DNA of 45,929 nt from a virus (Duplodnaviria; Caudoviricetes). The DNA lies in the IMG/VR virus record IMGVR_UViG_3300020042_002159, positions 1 through 45,929 of that record; one strand, given 5' to 3'. Position numbers and translations under genes: made by a program. Every line of letters starts with the position of its first letter. Positions within the stretch are counted from its first letter, which is position 1. Below the pieces are notes generated by a model. The model made no database searches and had not been told where the DNA came from. It saw nothing but the letters and a program-made list of their open reading frames with translations. Below, in pieces: positions 1 through 10,184 of this stretch.

Positions 1-4
1 TTAC

Positions 5-28
5 CGAGCGGGCATAGTTCCGCTCTTT
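5..28 (+). terminator. Possible hairpin/terminator upstream of the primase-helicase
   Basis: GAGCGG-8 nt-CCGCTC followed by TTTT; short U-tract. Confidence 0.3.
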
Positions 29-44
29 TCAACTCTGGCGAGAC

Positions 45-2891
45 ATGTTAAAACAATTCTACGAGAAAGCATTGCCTACGCAGGGTGTCTATTGCATAAC
101 AAGCATTGGGACTGACAAAAAGGTTTCAAACAAATTTGCAGAGACACTTGACGACGTATTTGCACAGATAGAGACGTTCAAGAAAAAGGGAGCCAACACT
201 TTTGTTGCGCTTGGAACGTTTGAGGGTTACAGCAGGAAAGCAGACGACTGCCTCTTCGTGCGATCGTTCTTCATCGACTTAGATGTTGGTGCGGGAAAAG
301 ACTATCAGTCAAAGGGCGATGCACACACAGCGCTCTACAAACTGGTTGGCGAGACTGGGTTACCTGACCCAGTGGTGATTGACTCAGGCGGCGGGATACA
401 TGCTTACTGGATCATGGACGAGGATATCCCCAAAGATATTTGGAAGCCCGCCGCAGAGATATTTAAAACTATCTGCCTTGAGCACATTGCAATCGATCCA
501 GTAGTCACAGCAGATGCCGCTCGTATCATGCGCGCACCTGAGACGTTCAACCACAAGTTTGATCCGCCCGAGCCAACGTCAGTTGTCAGTGACGAGATTC
601 ATGTCTATAGCTGGATGGAGTTTAAATCGTTTCTTTACGGCGATATAGACGAGATCATACAAAGCCCACGATCACAAGAGTCAGAAGATATTCTTGCAAG
701 CGTATCCAAAGGTATTGACGAAGACACCAAAGCAATTCTGAAGCTAGACAACTTTGCAAAAACATTTGAGGTGTTAGCGCAAAAGAGTGTTGACGAGGAA
801 GGTGGCTGCGCTCAGATTAAATACATCTGCGAGAACGCCGCCTCTTTAGAAGAGCCGTTGTGGCGGGCAGGCCTATCCATCGCTAAGTTTTGTGATGATG
901 GCGCAACTGCTATCCATGAGTTATCCAACCCAGACCCAAGATACGATCATGCTAAAACAGAAGAAAAGGCAGATGCCATTCCTGCTCCACGAACCTGTGA
1001 GTGGTTCATCGACAACTACCCCAGTCGATGCGATGGATGTCAGTACAGAGGAAAGATCACAAGCCCAATTGTGTTGGGTAGGCAATTTAAACCAGCCCCC
1101 GCGACAAATAAAGAGGACGCAGTTTGGGAAGTCCCGAATACCCAAAAGGTTCCTGATTTCCCAGAGTACCTCTACCCCTACGTCCGAGGAGTGAACGGAG
1201 GCATCTACTTTGTTCCCCCCGCCAAAGTTGACAAGAAGGGTGTCAAGCACCAAGATGATCCTGTACTTATTCTCTCTAGCGATCTTTACCCGCTGACGCG
1301 CATGATCAGCCCACATGACGGCGAGTGCTTGCAGATGCGGTACGAGTTGCCGCACGACGGGTTCCGTGACTTCCTGCTTCCTATGAAAAGCGTCTACGCA
1401 AAGGAAGCGTTCAAAGCAATCACGACCAGCAACGGCGTATTGTTTGCATCAGTAAATGACCAACATCTTATGAACTACATCATCAAATGGGGGCAGTACC
1501 TCCAGACAACTGACAAGGCGTTGCAGATGCGCATGCAAATGGGATGGACGGAAGAGCGCACATCTGATAACTCCAACTGGGACAAGCGTAGCTTCGTTAT
1601 TGGCAAGAAAGAATACACGCTATCAGGTGAGATTCTTGATGCGCCATCGTCACCATTTGTTCGCGGCTTATCCAAGCACCTGACACAGGCTGGCACGTTT
1701 GCGCGTTGGCGTGAGTCGATGGACTATCTGAACAAGCCAGAGTTTGAACTGCATGCCTTTGCGTCTATGTGCGGGTTTGGCTCTCCATTGATGCCCTATA
1801 CGTCAACTTCCGGAGTGACTGTGAGCCTTACTGGGCGCTCTGGCAATGCCAAGACCGGCGCAATGTACGGCGGTCTGAGCATCTTTGGGCATCCTAAGGA
1901 CTTGAGCGTGGTGAAGGCTACAGACAACGGCTTAACAGGTCGATACCTTGGACTGCACAGTTTGATGTTTGGTCTTGATGAGGTGGGCGACAAAAAGCCA
2001 GAGGAGTTGGGGCAGTTGATTCACAACGTGTCTCACGGCAAGGCCAAGATTCGTATGCAAGGTTCGGTCAACGCTGAGCGTGAGTATGAGATGTCCGCGT
2101 CGCTGATTGCTATGTTAACTAACAATCACTCTGTCTACGGTAAGCTTGACTCTCTAAAGGCTAGCCCCGATGGTGAGGCGGCTCGTGTGATTGAGTTCTT
2201 AATCCACAGACCTAGCCTGCTCAATCAAGACGGCAAGATGGGCAAGTACATCTTTGATGCGTTCCGCTTCAACTACGGGCATGCGGGGCCAATGTACATC
2301 AAAGAGATTCTAAAAGGCGGCGACAACTATGTGCTTGACCACATAGCCAAATGGGATGAGAGGTTTGAGAAAGACTTTGGCATCTACGCTGAGTACCGCT
2401 TCTATCAGAACTTGGTTGGCTCAACGTTTGGCGGCGGCTCCATCGCTAATGAACACAACATCACGGGCTACGACCTTGAACGCATCTACCATCACACTGT
2501 GCTGGCAATGATTGAGATCAGGGATAAGGTTGTGAAGGTTAACCGCACAGACTACCCATCCCTGCTTGGCGACTTCATCAACAAGAATATGGGCAACATA
2601 CTTGTACTCAAAGACGGCAAGGTCACGATGGAGCCACGGGGCCAGCTTGTAGGGCGCATCGTCAGTGAAGAAGGTCTCTTGCAAGTGTCTAAGACTGAGT
2701 TCAAGAAGTTTCTTGCAGAGCGTCAAGTGAGCTTGCGTGAGTTTGAGTTTGATATGCGTGAGAAGAAGATTCTTGTAGACGACAAGAAGGGACGCCTCAC
2801 TACCGGGTGGAAGTCAGCTATCAGCGTCGACCCTGCATATCTCTATTGGTTCAAGACTGAGATTCCAAGCGAACTGTTTAATGAATCCTAG
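45..2891 (+). CDS. Primase-helicase fusion (RepB/AEP-like primase, Cys-rich domain, DUF927-type P-loop helicase)
   Basis: N-terminal FFIDLD and SGGGIHAYW primase motifs, RIMRAP; Cys cluster (CAQI, RTCEW, CDGC); MGW motif; Walker A-like GRSGNAKT and Walker B FGLDE. Confidence 0.85.
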   Translation: MLKQFYEKALPTQGVYCITSIGTDKKVSNKFAETLDDVFAQIETFKKKGANTFVALGTFEGYSRKADDCLFVRSFFIDLDVGAGKDYQSKGDAHTALYKLVGETGLPDPVVIDSGGGIHAYWIMDEDIPKDIWKPAAEIFKTICLEHIAIDPVVTADAARIMRAPETFNHKFDPPEPTSVVSDEIHVYSWMEFKSFLYGDIDEIIQSPRSQESEDILASVSKGIDEDTKAILKLDNFAKTFEVLAQKSVDEEGGCAQIKYICENAASLEEPLWRAGLSIAKFCDDGATAIHELSNPDPRYDHAKTEEKADAIPAPRTCEWFIDNYPSRCDGCQYRGKITSPIVLGRQFKPAPATNKEDAVWEVPNTQKVPDFPEYLYPYVRGVNGGIYFVPPAKVDKKGVKHQDDPVLILSSDLYPLTRMISPHDGECLQMRYELPHDGFRDFLLPMKSVYAKEAFKAITTSNGVLFASVNDQHLMNYIIKWGQYLQTTDKALQMRMQMGWTEERTSDNSNWDKRSFVIGKKEYTLSGEILDAPSSPFVRGLSKHLTQAGTFARWRESMDYLNKPEFELHAFASMCGFGSPLMPYTSTSGVTVSLTGRSGNAKTGAMYGGLSIFGHPKDLSVVKATDNGLTGRYLGLHSLMFGLDEVGDKKPEELGQLIHNVSHGKAKIRMQGSVNAEREYEMSASLIAMLTNNHSVYGKLDSLKASPDGEAARVIEFLIHRPSLLNQDGKMGKYIFDAFRFNYGHAGPMYIKEILKGGDNYVLDHIAKWDERFEKDFGIYAEYRFYQNLVGSTFGGGSIANEHNITGYDLERIYHHTVLAMIEIRDKVVKVNRTDYPSLLGDFINKNMGNILVLKDGKVTMEPRGQLVGRIVSEEGLLQVSKTEFKKFLAERQVSLREFEFDMREKKILVDDKKGRLTTGWKSAISVDPAYLYWFKTEIPSELFNES

Positions 2892-3087
2892 TGACATTAA
2901 AGAACCAGAGTGGATATTCCCGTTTGATGCAATGGAGGTGGGGGAGAGTTTTTTCATTCCCACCTTACGCCCTGCCGAAATAATCTACGCCCTAGAAAGC
3001 GGAGCCAAGCGCGCCGAGGTGAGAGTCAAGTGCTACATCACGCACAAAGACAATCACATCGGAGTCCGCGCTTGGCGCATCCGTTAG
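2881..3087 (+). CDS. Small phage protein, possibly DNA-binding
   Basis: 68 aa, overlaps the primase stop; FPFDAMEVGESFFIP resembles a common small phage protein family. Confidence 0.7.
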   Translation: MNPSDIKEPEWIFPFDAMEVGESFFIPTLRPAEIIYALESGAKRAEVRVKCYITHKDNHIGVRAWRIR

Positions 3088-6000
3088 TCTTCTAACCCAT
3101 ATGCTTTGAAGTCTTCTACCATCATGTGCTTCAATAAGTTTTGCTCCATGATGGTTATCTTCAATAAGCTGTCACGGTCTTTTGGACTGAGATATCTCAT
3201 ATTACGAATCTCAGTGGCTTTCTGACGTAACTCATTAAGCTCGCCTTGGCGTTCTTGGTAGATGTCTACAATCTTTGGCACAAGCGGATTTTTACTGATG
3301 TACTCACCATACAGCTCGGGACTATCTGCTTCTAGAGTAGTTAGTCGCTGATTCATCTCTTTAATCTTAACCTCCATCTTGCCATACTCACGAGAGTCAA
3401 CGTTGGTTTTAGCGCCAAAGAACGAACCAAACAACGGTACGTCTGTCTTGGGATTAAACGTTTTCTCGCCTTGAGCAAGGTCGGTAAGGCTGTACGGCAG
3501 TTCAAGGAACATCTTGGCTATGCCGTCCAAGTAACTGTTCGTAAAGAAATACAGAGTGTTGGGACTCATGTTAATCGCACCGAGACTTTGACGATATATG
3601 TCTTTTGAAAGCGCTTTGTACACCTCTGGAATACGATCCCCGCCAGTAAATGCTTCGCCAAGACGACGAGTGGTCGCACTGTTAATAGCCTGCCCCACGC
3701 CGTTTGTGTTCATCAAGTACTCAACAACAGGACGCAACACAGTTGGCATGATTGAGTCAACCGCCCACTTCATTGGGGATTCTGTTACTTCAATCTTAGA
3801 GATAGGCAGCGGCAAGAAAGAGTCAGCAAGAATGCTGGACACAATGTTACCCATACCTTCTTTGAACGTTGTATTGCCAAACCCAATACCGCAAATCTGC
3901 GCACCGATGGAAGCGAAAGCGCCAAGACCAAAGCCCCAAGGAATTTGGAACACAACATCTTTGCCTAGACCTAATTGCTCAGAAACTTCATTAGGGATGT
4001 GGAACCTAGCAAACCGGGTCCACTGCTGCATGTTGTCGCTCTTAGTAGAGTTACGCTCCCAATCATCGTCAGGAGACATCAACATTGACATTGTCCACAA
4101 GAACACGCCACCGCCAATTAAAGCAGTGATCATGCGCTGTGCGTTTTTACGCTCCTGCCTAAAATTCTTCATGTACTCTTCAACTGCCGCTTCGTCGTTA
4201 GCAATTTGTGGAGGTAGGTCTGCGCGTTCTTGCTTCTCAGTTGTAAATGCAGGAAGAACCGCTTCAATGGCACGCACCGCGCCCGTAGCAGAGGGACGGA
4301 TAAACATGTACGCTGCACCAAGTTCGCGCCCGTACTCACCAACTTTTTCAAAGTTAGCAAGGTTCTTAACAAACGCCGCCGCTTCAGTTGAAGCAGCTTC
4401 TTCCGCTGGAGACATTTGATCTTCTGGGCCACGTTTGTTAGACATGCCCTTAGCGATGTTTTTCTTTAGTGCCTCTTGCTTGTACATGCTATAGGCAACA
4501 GCACGACTGCTGAATTCAAACATGTTGTTCCAGCTATCAATCAGTCGTGTAAAGCCTTCATAGGTAGCAACAATACGCGATTGATTAAGTCCTTTATTCA
4601 ACGCTTGGAGGTTTGAGCTTAGTGAGAAGCCTTCCATGTACACAGTCTTACCACCAAAGCGCAAGTACTCTAGTAGGTCGCGTGTGTATGGATCGTTCTT
4701 TGCTCGTTGCTCCAAGATACGCATGCTTGTTGGGTCGCCCTTCTCATGCAGGAGGGCAACTTCCATTGCTTTGCCTAACCCGTTTTTTGCAACTTGAGTA
4801 GAGATGTTGGCAATGTATGCAAGCGATTTAGCTGGGCCGAGCTGGCGGCTAGTGCCGATGTTCCAAGCGTTGGTTAACGCATCGCGTACAAAGTTGAGGG
4901 GCGCAAAGTTGTAGTTGAAACGTGTGTGCGTTGCGCCAAAGAAACCAGTTACAGCGTTAGCCATCTCAAGCATAGGGCTTGCATCGCGGAACGAATAGCG
5001 CAGCGCTCGCAAGACGTTCAAGTCGTTAATTTTGATGATGTCAATTGAGCCATCTTCGTTGTAATGGAAAAGGTACGTGCTATTAGCGCCTTTGTACTTG
5101 GCCAAATTTGCTACGTTACGTTCTGCAAATTTAATATTGTCTACTACGTCGCCCGGTATTAGGCCAGCTTCAACAGCATTTTTAATTGCCTGCGTGTAGT
5201 CTTTTCTACCGGCCCGCGCCGCTGAGCGATACGCATCGTTGAGCAGTCTTAGGAAAGGATTGTCAGCAGCAGTGAAGCGACCATCCGCAGCGTGAGGAGT
5301 GTCTTGCATCTCAGCGCCGTTTACTTCGCTGTTCAGATCACTCATGTCATCTACAAGAGTTTTAGAGATACCTTTGAACGGCATGTAACTTTGATAGTTG
5401 TACATACCCACAAGATTAGACACAGGTGTTGACCAGTAGTTACCAATCTTATCCATCTTCATTGTGGCGTCGCTAATAATCTTAGCTTGAGCAAACATCT
5501 GCTCAATTAATTCGCGCTCTGCAACAGGTATGTTTGCGTAGTCTTTTAACCGTTGATCAATATCAACCTTATCTAAACCTAATGCGTTGTATATATAGCT
5601 GTCTTCCTCAATAGAATACCCTTTTGCATCCGCCCCCTGCGCGTCGTACTTTTTCTTAATCTTCTCGTAGCTTTCAGCGCGAGGTGTATCACCAAGTGGG
5701 TCGGCATGACCGCCATCTTTTGGTGCTTTAGCAAGGATTTCTAGTTCTTGAAACAGCGCTGTCTGTTGCGCCTTAGTCAGCTCAACTTTGTGTATCAACC
5801 CCTCTGCGCCGGTACGTGGGTCGCCCAATATATCAATACGGCGTTGCGCCGCACTGATTGGTTTGCCGTTATGAACTAAATCTTGTTTTGTACTCAGAGG
5901 TACACCAAGTACCCAGTTGACATGGCGGCGCTCTGGCTCATGCCTCATCTCTGAAATCTGTTGTAGCAGATTCATAGCCTGTTCAAACTTGTAGCCAGAC

Positions 6001-9000
6001 GCTTTTAAATATGCTTGAAACGTAGCCCGCATATCGTCCATAGGCTTTTGGAGTTCCGCAGTTACATAGTTCTTGGCCTTGCCAACAGACAGATCACGTT
6101 CTTCGTCCCAGTTTGTAGCGCCTTTGGTTTTGTCACGCTCAATATTTCCAGCCTTATCTTGTTTCATAAACAGACTACGCGAGAAGTAACCCCTGTCTTG
6201 AACGTTTTTAGCTACGGTTCTCCAACCTTGACGAGTTGTCAAAGTTTTGTACAGCGTGTGTGATCGCCTAGTTGGGTTTTCTTTTTCGCTTAATGCGGTT
6301 TCTTTTGCATTAGGGTCTAATCCTCTTGGCTCTACCTTGTCTGTAGCTTTTAATGGCGCTTTAGATGGTAACGCCGGAAGGTAGACTGGCTCAGTTGGTT
6401 TGACAAGGATGTCTTCAAACGCCGCTGAAATTTCCATCAAGTAGTTAGTGTCGGCGCTTCTATCCAGCTTGCCTTTAATCAAATACTCATCGCGCACTTT
6501 AAGAATGCGCGCGATTGCCAATTTAAATTTAGACCACTGAGACTTACTCTCAGGCAAAATCTTGCCAACAGTTTCTGTGATGGTGTTTTCTTTACCGTAA
6601 ACACCTTTAAGTAGGCGCTCTGCGCCAGCACCCGCAACAGACTCATCATGTAAGTCCTGTTGCAGTTGGGCACTAGTCAAAGCATAAGACACAAACTCAA
6701 ACAGATTCTTGTATGCCTCGGGATGGCTCTCAGCAAGTGACCCACGGGTATCTTCCATGATCCGCTCTAACTGCCTGACGCCAGCTAACTGCAACTGGGA
6801 CAGAGAGCCCTTGTTACCGTACAAGTACTCATTGATAACCTTGACCGTACCTGCGTGGATGATCTCGTGCAGGATAGTGTTGCTACTCAGACCTTCTCTG
6901 GTAATGTAGATAACATCTTTGACTGGGTCGTATTGCGCCAAGTCACCTTCAATTTTCTCAGACTCAACAATCTGTATCTTAGTGTTGAGCTTCATAGCGG
7001 CAAGAGCCTGCGCCACCGTCTTCATGATCCGTTTGGTAGGCGCTGACTTAGAGTCCAGCTTAACGTTGCTCATATAGTCCAGCACACCTTGCAAGTCTCC
7101 AGACACAATCATCTGGATGACACTGTTAGGTAGAGAATTAGCAAACGGTTTGTTACGCTCAAAAGCTTCACGCGTTTTGCGATCACGCTCTTGCTGTTCT
7201 TCGGACTTGAGGCGCACTTCTTCTTGGCGGTCAATGATGTTTTGCTTCTCGCGCTTTTCACCCTCAGACAATTTCTTACTATCTTGAACAAGTTGATTAG
7301 CAAGTTTTGCAAAGGCAATAGTCTGCTGCGCGCCAGCCAACGTAGGCAGGTTTTCCAAGAAAATATTTTTTTGCTCTTGAGTCAGCTTGGGCCAACTTGG
7401 GAATTCAACGCCAAACATCTTGCTGTAATCGCTACGACCTTCTTCGTATTGGTTGACAGCGCGTCGTTGCTCAGCAGTGAGCTTCTCTTTGTTACTGCCG
7501 CCTGTTTTTTGTAAATACGCCTGTAAAGCTGCGGCGGCTTTTTGATGTTCGCGCCTGCTACTACCAAACGTCCTTTTACCGTCCACCAGTGGGCCAGCCG
7601 ATATGTTGCCAAAGTAAACGTCTTTGTAGTCAGCCGAAAACTTCTTTGAATACTCAGGCAATTCACGCTGAACAGGTCCGTGTTTTTCTAGCGCATCTTC
7701 GGCGTCATTAACTGCTTTAAATGCAGCCTCTTCTTCTTGGCCTGCTTCCGCTTGATCGTATGCGGCTTCGGCGGCATCATACGCAGCAACAAGCTCGTTG
7801 CGCGTCTCGTTCGCAGTTCTAACCTGCGGGTTTATTTCGTCCCGCATCTCGTTGTACAGCTGCTGGTCTTCTTTACTAATGTCGTAGTCAGGAATAGTTC
7901 TAGGCTTGCCTTTTTCGTTAGTCAAAGACTCTTTGTAAGCCTGCACGCGTTCTTGGTCTTGTGCTACGCCAGTTGCTTCCTCGCCCTCCACTGCATATGG
8001 TAGTTCGCCTTCTTCCAAGAAATCTTTCTCAATGCTCTTAGTCTCGCGGCGTGCGGGTAGCGTACCTGTAACACCTTGCTTAGCTAGAAACTTATTAAGG
8101 TAGTCTTTTTCTTTAGTAGCATCTTTGCCAGCCGCTTCAAGCTCTGCAATAAGAACTTGACGACGAGCAACTTCCCCCTGCCCCTCAGGAGATAAATCTG
8201 AAATCCTTTTAGGCGTTACTGCTGTTCCGGCTGCTGATGTCGTTTGTCCTTGCGGCGCTGCTTGCTTGGCTTGAGAGGTCGTAGTGCCACTTGTTGTTCC
8301 TTGAGGTGGTAGAGATTTAATAAACGCGTCAATATTGGCGGCTACTTCTGGTGAGCCAGCATATTTAGTAATAAGTTCAGCGGGGGTTGCTCCAGCGTTA
8401 TATTCATCCGTAATGATGCGCTGCGATACAGGGCTTATTAATGAAGCGGGCTGCTGCTTTGTTCTATCCAGATCTGCCCCAACATTTGTTCCAGTAGATA
8501 CCATTCCACGGGGTTGAGATCCAATAGATCCTGCGGCGGTTTGAGATGCAGGGGCGAGTGCAGCCACATCAGGGCTTCCTCCACCTGCTTCGATGTTAAG
8601 TCCTGCAACATTTAGCGCTCCTTGTTCTGCAAGATGCTGTTTAATAATGTTTAGCTTAGCTACGTTGGATTTAATTTCAAACGGCAGCTTGACGCCTAAT
8701 TCTTTTGCAAGCAAATTAACTTCAAGTTGAGTCGGTTTTTCACCAGCTTCAATTTTTGCAACGTAGTCCTGCGCCTTCTGGATAGTCTCAGGCGTTACAT
8801 CTTCTGGTTTGACACGTTCAGCTTTTTTAGTTTTAGTTTTAGTCTCATCAGCAGGGGGAGGAATATCAGTAACGTCTGGGCGTGTTACGCCTTCAATCAA
8901 TGCCTTCCCTGCCGCATCAGAAGCTGGCATGAGTAGATCAGCAGCAGCTTGATCAAAACCTTTTCCTGCTTTACGCGCTAAGTCTTTTGCAGGGGTAAAC

Positions 9001-10169
9001 GTATCTTTTAACGCTTCGTCACTTATCTTCTGCTGTTCATCAGTTTGCCCCGGTGCTTTTTCACCAGCAAGTTCACGCGTAGCTGAAGCTGCTTCACGCC
9101 CGCCTGCGACTGCGCCCATACCTAAACCAGCAAGACCTTCTAGCGTCCCTTGTCCCGCCACACCACGCATAGTAGGAACGTCAAAACCTTCCCGTTGCAA
9201 TGCAATGTTCTGGGCTAACTGTTCTTGACCACCTTGAGCGCCCTCCATGAGGAACTCTTTACCGCCTGTAATAGCGCCTTGTTTAATTACGCCACGTTCA
9301 GCAGCAAGAGCAGTTTCTTTTGCGGAAGCTTGTTTGATTGCGGCTTTAGTAGCTTCTTTGGTAGCGATGCCTTTGGCAAGCTGGCGAGCAAGTGCTGGCT
9401 CAACTCCGGTTGAAGCACCAATAGTGCCCAAAGCAGTGCCCATTAAAATTTGATCTAAGTTTTCGCCACCATACTCCTGCGCAAGAATTGCACGAGCTTC
9501 AATCTCCTTAGGAGACATGTTGGTGTTTTCTGTAAGCGCTTGTTTAGTAGCGTCATAGATAGAGCTTTTGACAGTACCAGCACCCATCAATGCGCCTACG
9601 CCACTAGTAACTCCTAATGTAGCCAAAGCTGGAGCGCCACCTAATGTGGTTGCTAAACCCGCAGCAATTGCAGGCGCGGCAGTGCCTAAAGCATTGGCAA
9701 GCATATCCACAGGCGCAACTGAGAACGCCTTGGCTCCAGCTATAACTTGGTCAAGGACGCCTTTATCCTCCGCACTCTTCATGATGCGGCTAATCTCTTG
9801 GCTGTCTTTCTTAGACTGTGCGCTGTATAGATCAGCAATATAGTCTTCTACGCCGCGCAGGTTTTGACCTACGCTGCTGTCTGCGCCAAAGGCGTCAGCC
9901 ACCATACGGACACCAGTTACTATGCCAGCGCCAACTTTAAGTGGAACGTCAGCAACTTGCCGTAGAAACGGAATCGCCTCATCAGAAGGCGGCGCTACTG
10001 GGGCCGCAGCTTTAGGAGCCGCTTCCGGCGGGACGTACCCAATTCTTTTAGCAAACTCACCAAACTCTAACTTATCTGAGTAATGTTTTTTATAGAGCGC
10101 ATTTGCAAGTTGGGTGTCGTCATACTCGTTGTATTGAGGAAACTTCTGGCGAAATTCTTCGATATTCAT
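3084..10169 (-). CDS. Giant internal virion/ejection protein (polyvalent-type) with zincin metallopeptidase motif
   Basis: 2361 aa, last gene of the virion block; Ala/Gly-rich N-terminal region; YDP...ILHEIIHA zincin motif (nt 6855-6869); C-terminal IPWGFG...LRPVVE region resembling LPD38-type domains. Confidence 0.75.
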   Translation of the reverse strand: MNIEEFRQKFPQYNEYDDTQLANALYKKHYSDKLEFGEFAKRIGYVPPEAAPKAAAPVAPPSDEAIPFLRQVADVPLKVGAGIVTGVRMVADAFGADSSVGQNLRGVEDYIADLYSAQSKKDSQEISRIMKSAEDKGVLDQVIAGAKAFSVAPVDMLANALGTAAPAIAAGLATTLGGAPALATLGVTSGVGALMGAGTVKSSIYDATKQALTENTNMSPKEIEARAILAQEYGGENLDQILMGTALGTIGASTGVEPALARQLAKGIATKEATKAAIKQASAKETALAAERGVIKQGAITGGKEFLMEGAQGGQEQLAQNIALQREGFDVPTMRGVAGQGTLEGLAGLGMGAVAGGREAASATRELAGEKAPGQTDEQQKISDEALKDTFTPAKDLARKAGKGFDQAAADLLMPASDAAGKALIEGVTRPDVTDIPPPADETKTKTKKAERVKPEDVTPETIQKAQDYVAKIEAGEKPTQLEVNLLAKELGVKLPFEIKSNVAKLNIIKQHLAEQGALNVAGLNIEAGGGSPDVAALAPASQTAAGSIGSQPRGMVSTGTNVGADLDRTKQQPASLISPVSQRIITDEYNAGATPAELITKYAGSPEVAANIDAFIKSLPPQGTTSGTTTSQAKQAAPQGQTTSAAGTAVTPKRISDLSPEGQGEVARRQVLIAELEAAGKDATKEKDYLNKFLAKQGVTGTLPARRETKSIEKDFLEEGELPYAVEGEEATGVAQDQERVQAYKESLTNEKGKPRTIPDYDISKEDQQLYNEMRDEINPQVRTANETRNELVAAYDAAEAAYDQAEAGQEEEAAFKAVNDAEDALEKHGPVQRELPEYSKKFSADYKDVYFGNISAGPLVDGKRTFGSSRREHQKAAAALQAYLQKTGGSNKEKLTAEQRRAVNQYEEGRSDYSKMFGVEFPSWPKLTQEQKNIFLENLPTLAGAQQTIAFAKLANQLVQDSKKLSEGEKREKQNIIDRQEEVRLKSEEQQERDRKTREAFERNKPFANSLPNSVIQMIVSGDLQGVLDYMSNVKLDSKSAPTKRIMKTVAQALAAMKLNTKIQIVESEKIEGDLAQYDPVKDVIYITREGLSSNTILHEIIHAGTVKVINEYLYGNKGSLSQLQLAGVRQLERIMEDTRGSLAESHPEAYKNLFEFVSYALTSAQLQQDLHDESVAGAGAERLLKGVYGKENTITETVGKILPESKSQWSKFKLAIARILKVRDEYLIKGKLDRSADTNYLMEISAAFEDILVKPTEPVYLPALPSKAPLKATDKVEPRGLDPNAKETALSEKENPTRRSHTLYKTLTTRQGWRTVAKNVQDRGYFSRSLFMKQDKAGNIERDKTKGATNWDEERDLSVGKAKNYVTAELQKPMDDMRATFQAYLKASGYKFEQAMNLLQQISEMRHEPERRHVNWVLGVPLSTKQDLVHNGKPISAAQRRIDILGDPRTGAEGLIHKVELTKAQQTALFQELEILAKAPKDGGHADPLGDTPRAESYEKIKKKYDAQGADAKGYSIEEDSYIYNALGLDKVDIDQRLKDYANIPVAERELIEQMFAQAKIISDATMKMDKIGNYWSTPVSNLVGMYNYQSYMPFKGISKTLVDDMSDLNSEVNGAEMQDTPHAADGRFTAADNPFLRLLNDAYRSAARAGRKDYTQAIKNAVEAGLIPGDVVDNIKFAERNVANLAKYKGANSTYLFHYNEDGSIDIIKINDLNVLRALRYSFRDASPMLEMANAVTGFFGATHTRFNYNFAPLNFVRDALTNAWNIGTSRQLGPAKSLAYIANISTQVAKNGLGKAMEVALLHEKGDPTSMRILEQRAKNDPYTRDLLEYLRFGGKTVYMEGFSLSSNLQALNKGLNQSRIVATYEGFTRLIDSWNNMFEFSSRAVAYSMYKQEALKKNIAKGMSNKRGPEDQMSPAEEAASTEAAAFVKNLANFEKVGEYGRELGAAYMFIRPSATGAVRAIEAVLPAFTTEKQERADLPPQIANDEAAVEEYMKNFRQERKNAQRMITALIGGGVFLWTMSMLMSPDDDWERNSTKSDNMQQWTRFARFHIPNEVSEQLGLGKDVVFQIPWGFGLGAFASIGAQICGIGFGNTTFKEGMGNIVSSILADSFLPLPISKIEVTESPMKWAVDSIMPTVLRPVVEYLMNTNGVGQAINSATTRRLGEAFTGGDRIPEVYKALSKDIYRQSLGAINMSPNTLYFFTNSYLDGIAKMFLELPYSLTDLAQGEKTFNPKTDVPLFGSFFGAKTNVDSREYGKMEVKIKEMNQRLTTLEADSPELYGEYISKNPLVPKIVDIYQERQGELNELRQKATEIRNMRYLSPKDRDSLLKITIMEQNLLKHMMVEDFKAYGLED

Positions 10170-10184
10170 GACGAAAGCCTTTGT

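Noticed and set aside
3598-4419. 273-aa + strand ORF and the many other antisense or nested ORFs in the track
   Set aside because: Shadow frames of long genuine genes; no RBS or recognisable motifs.
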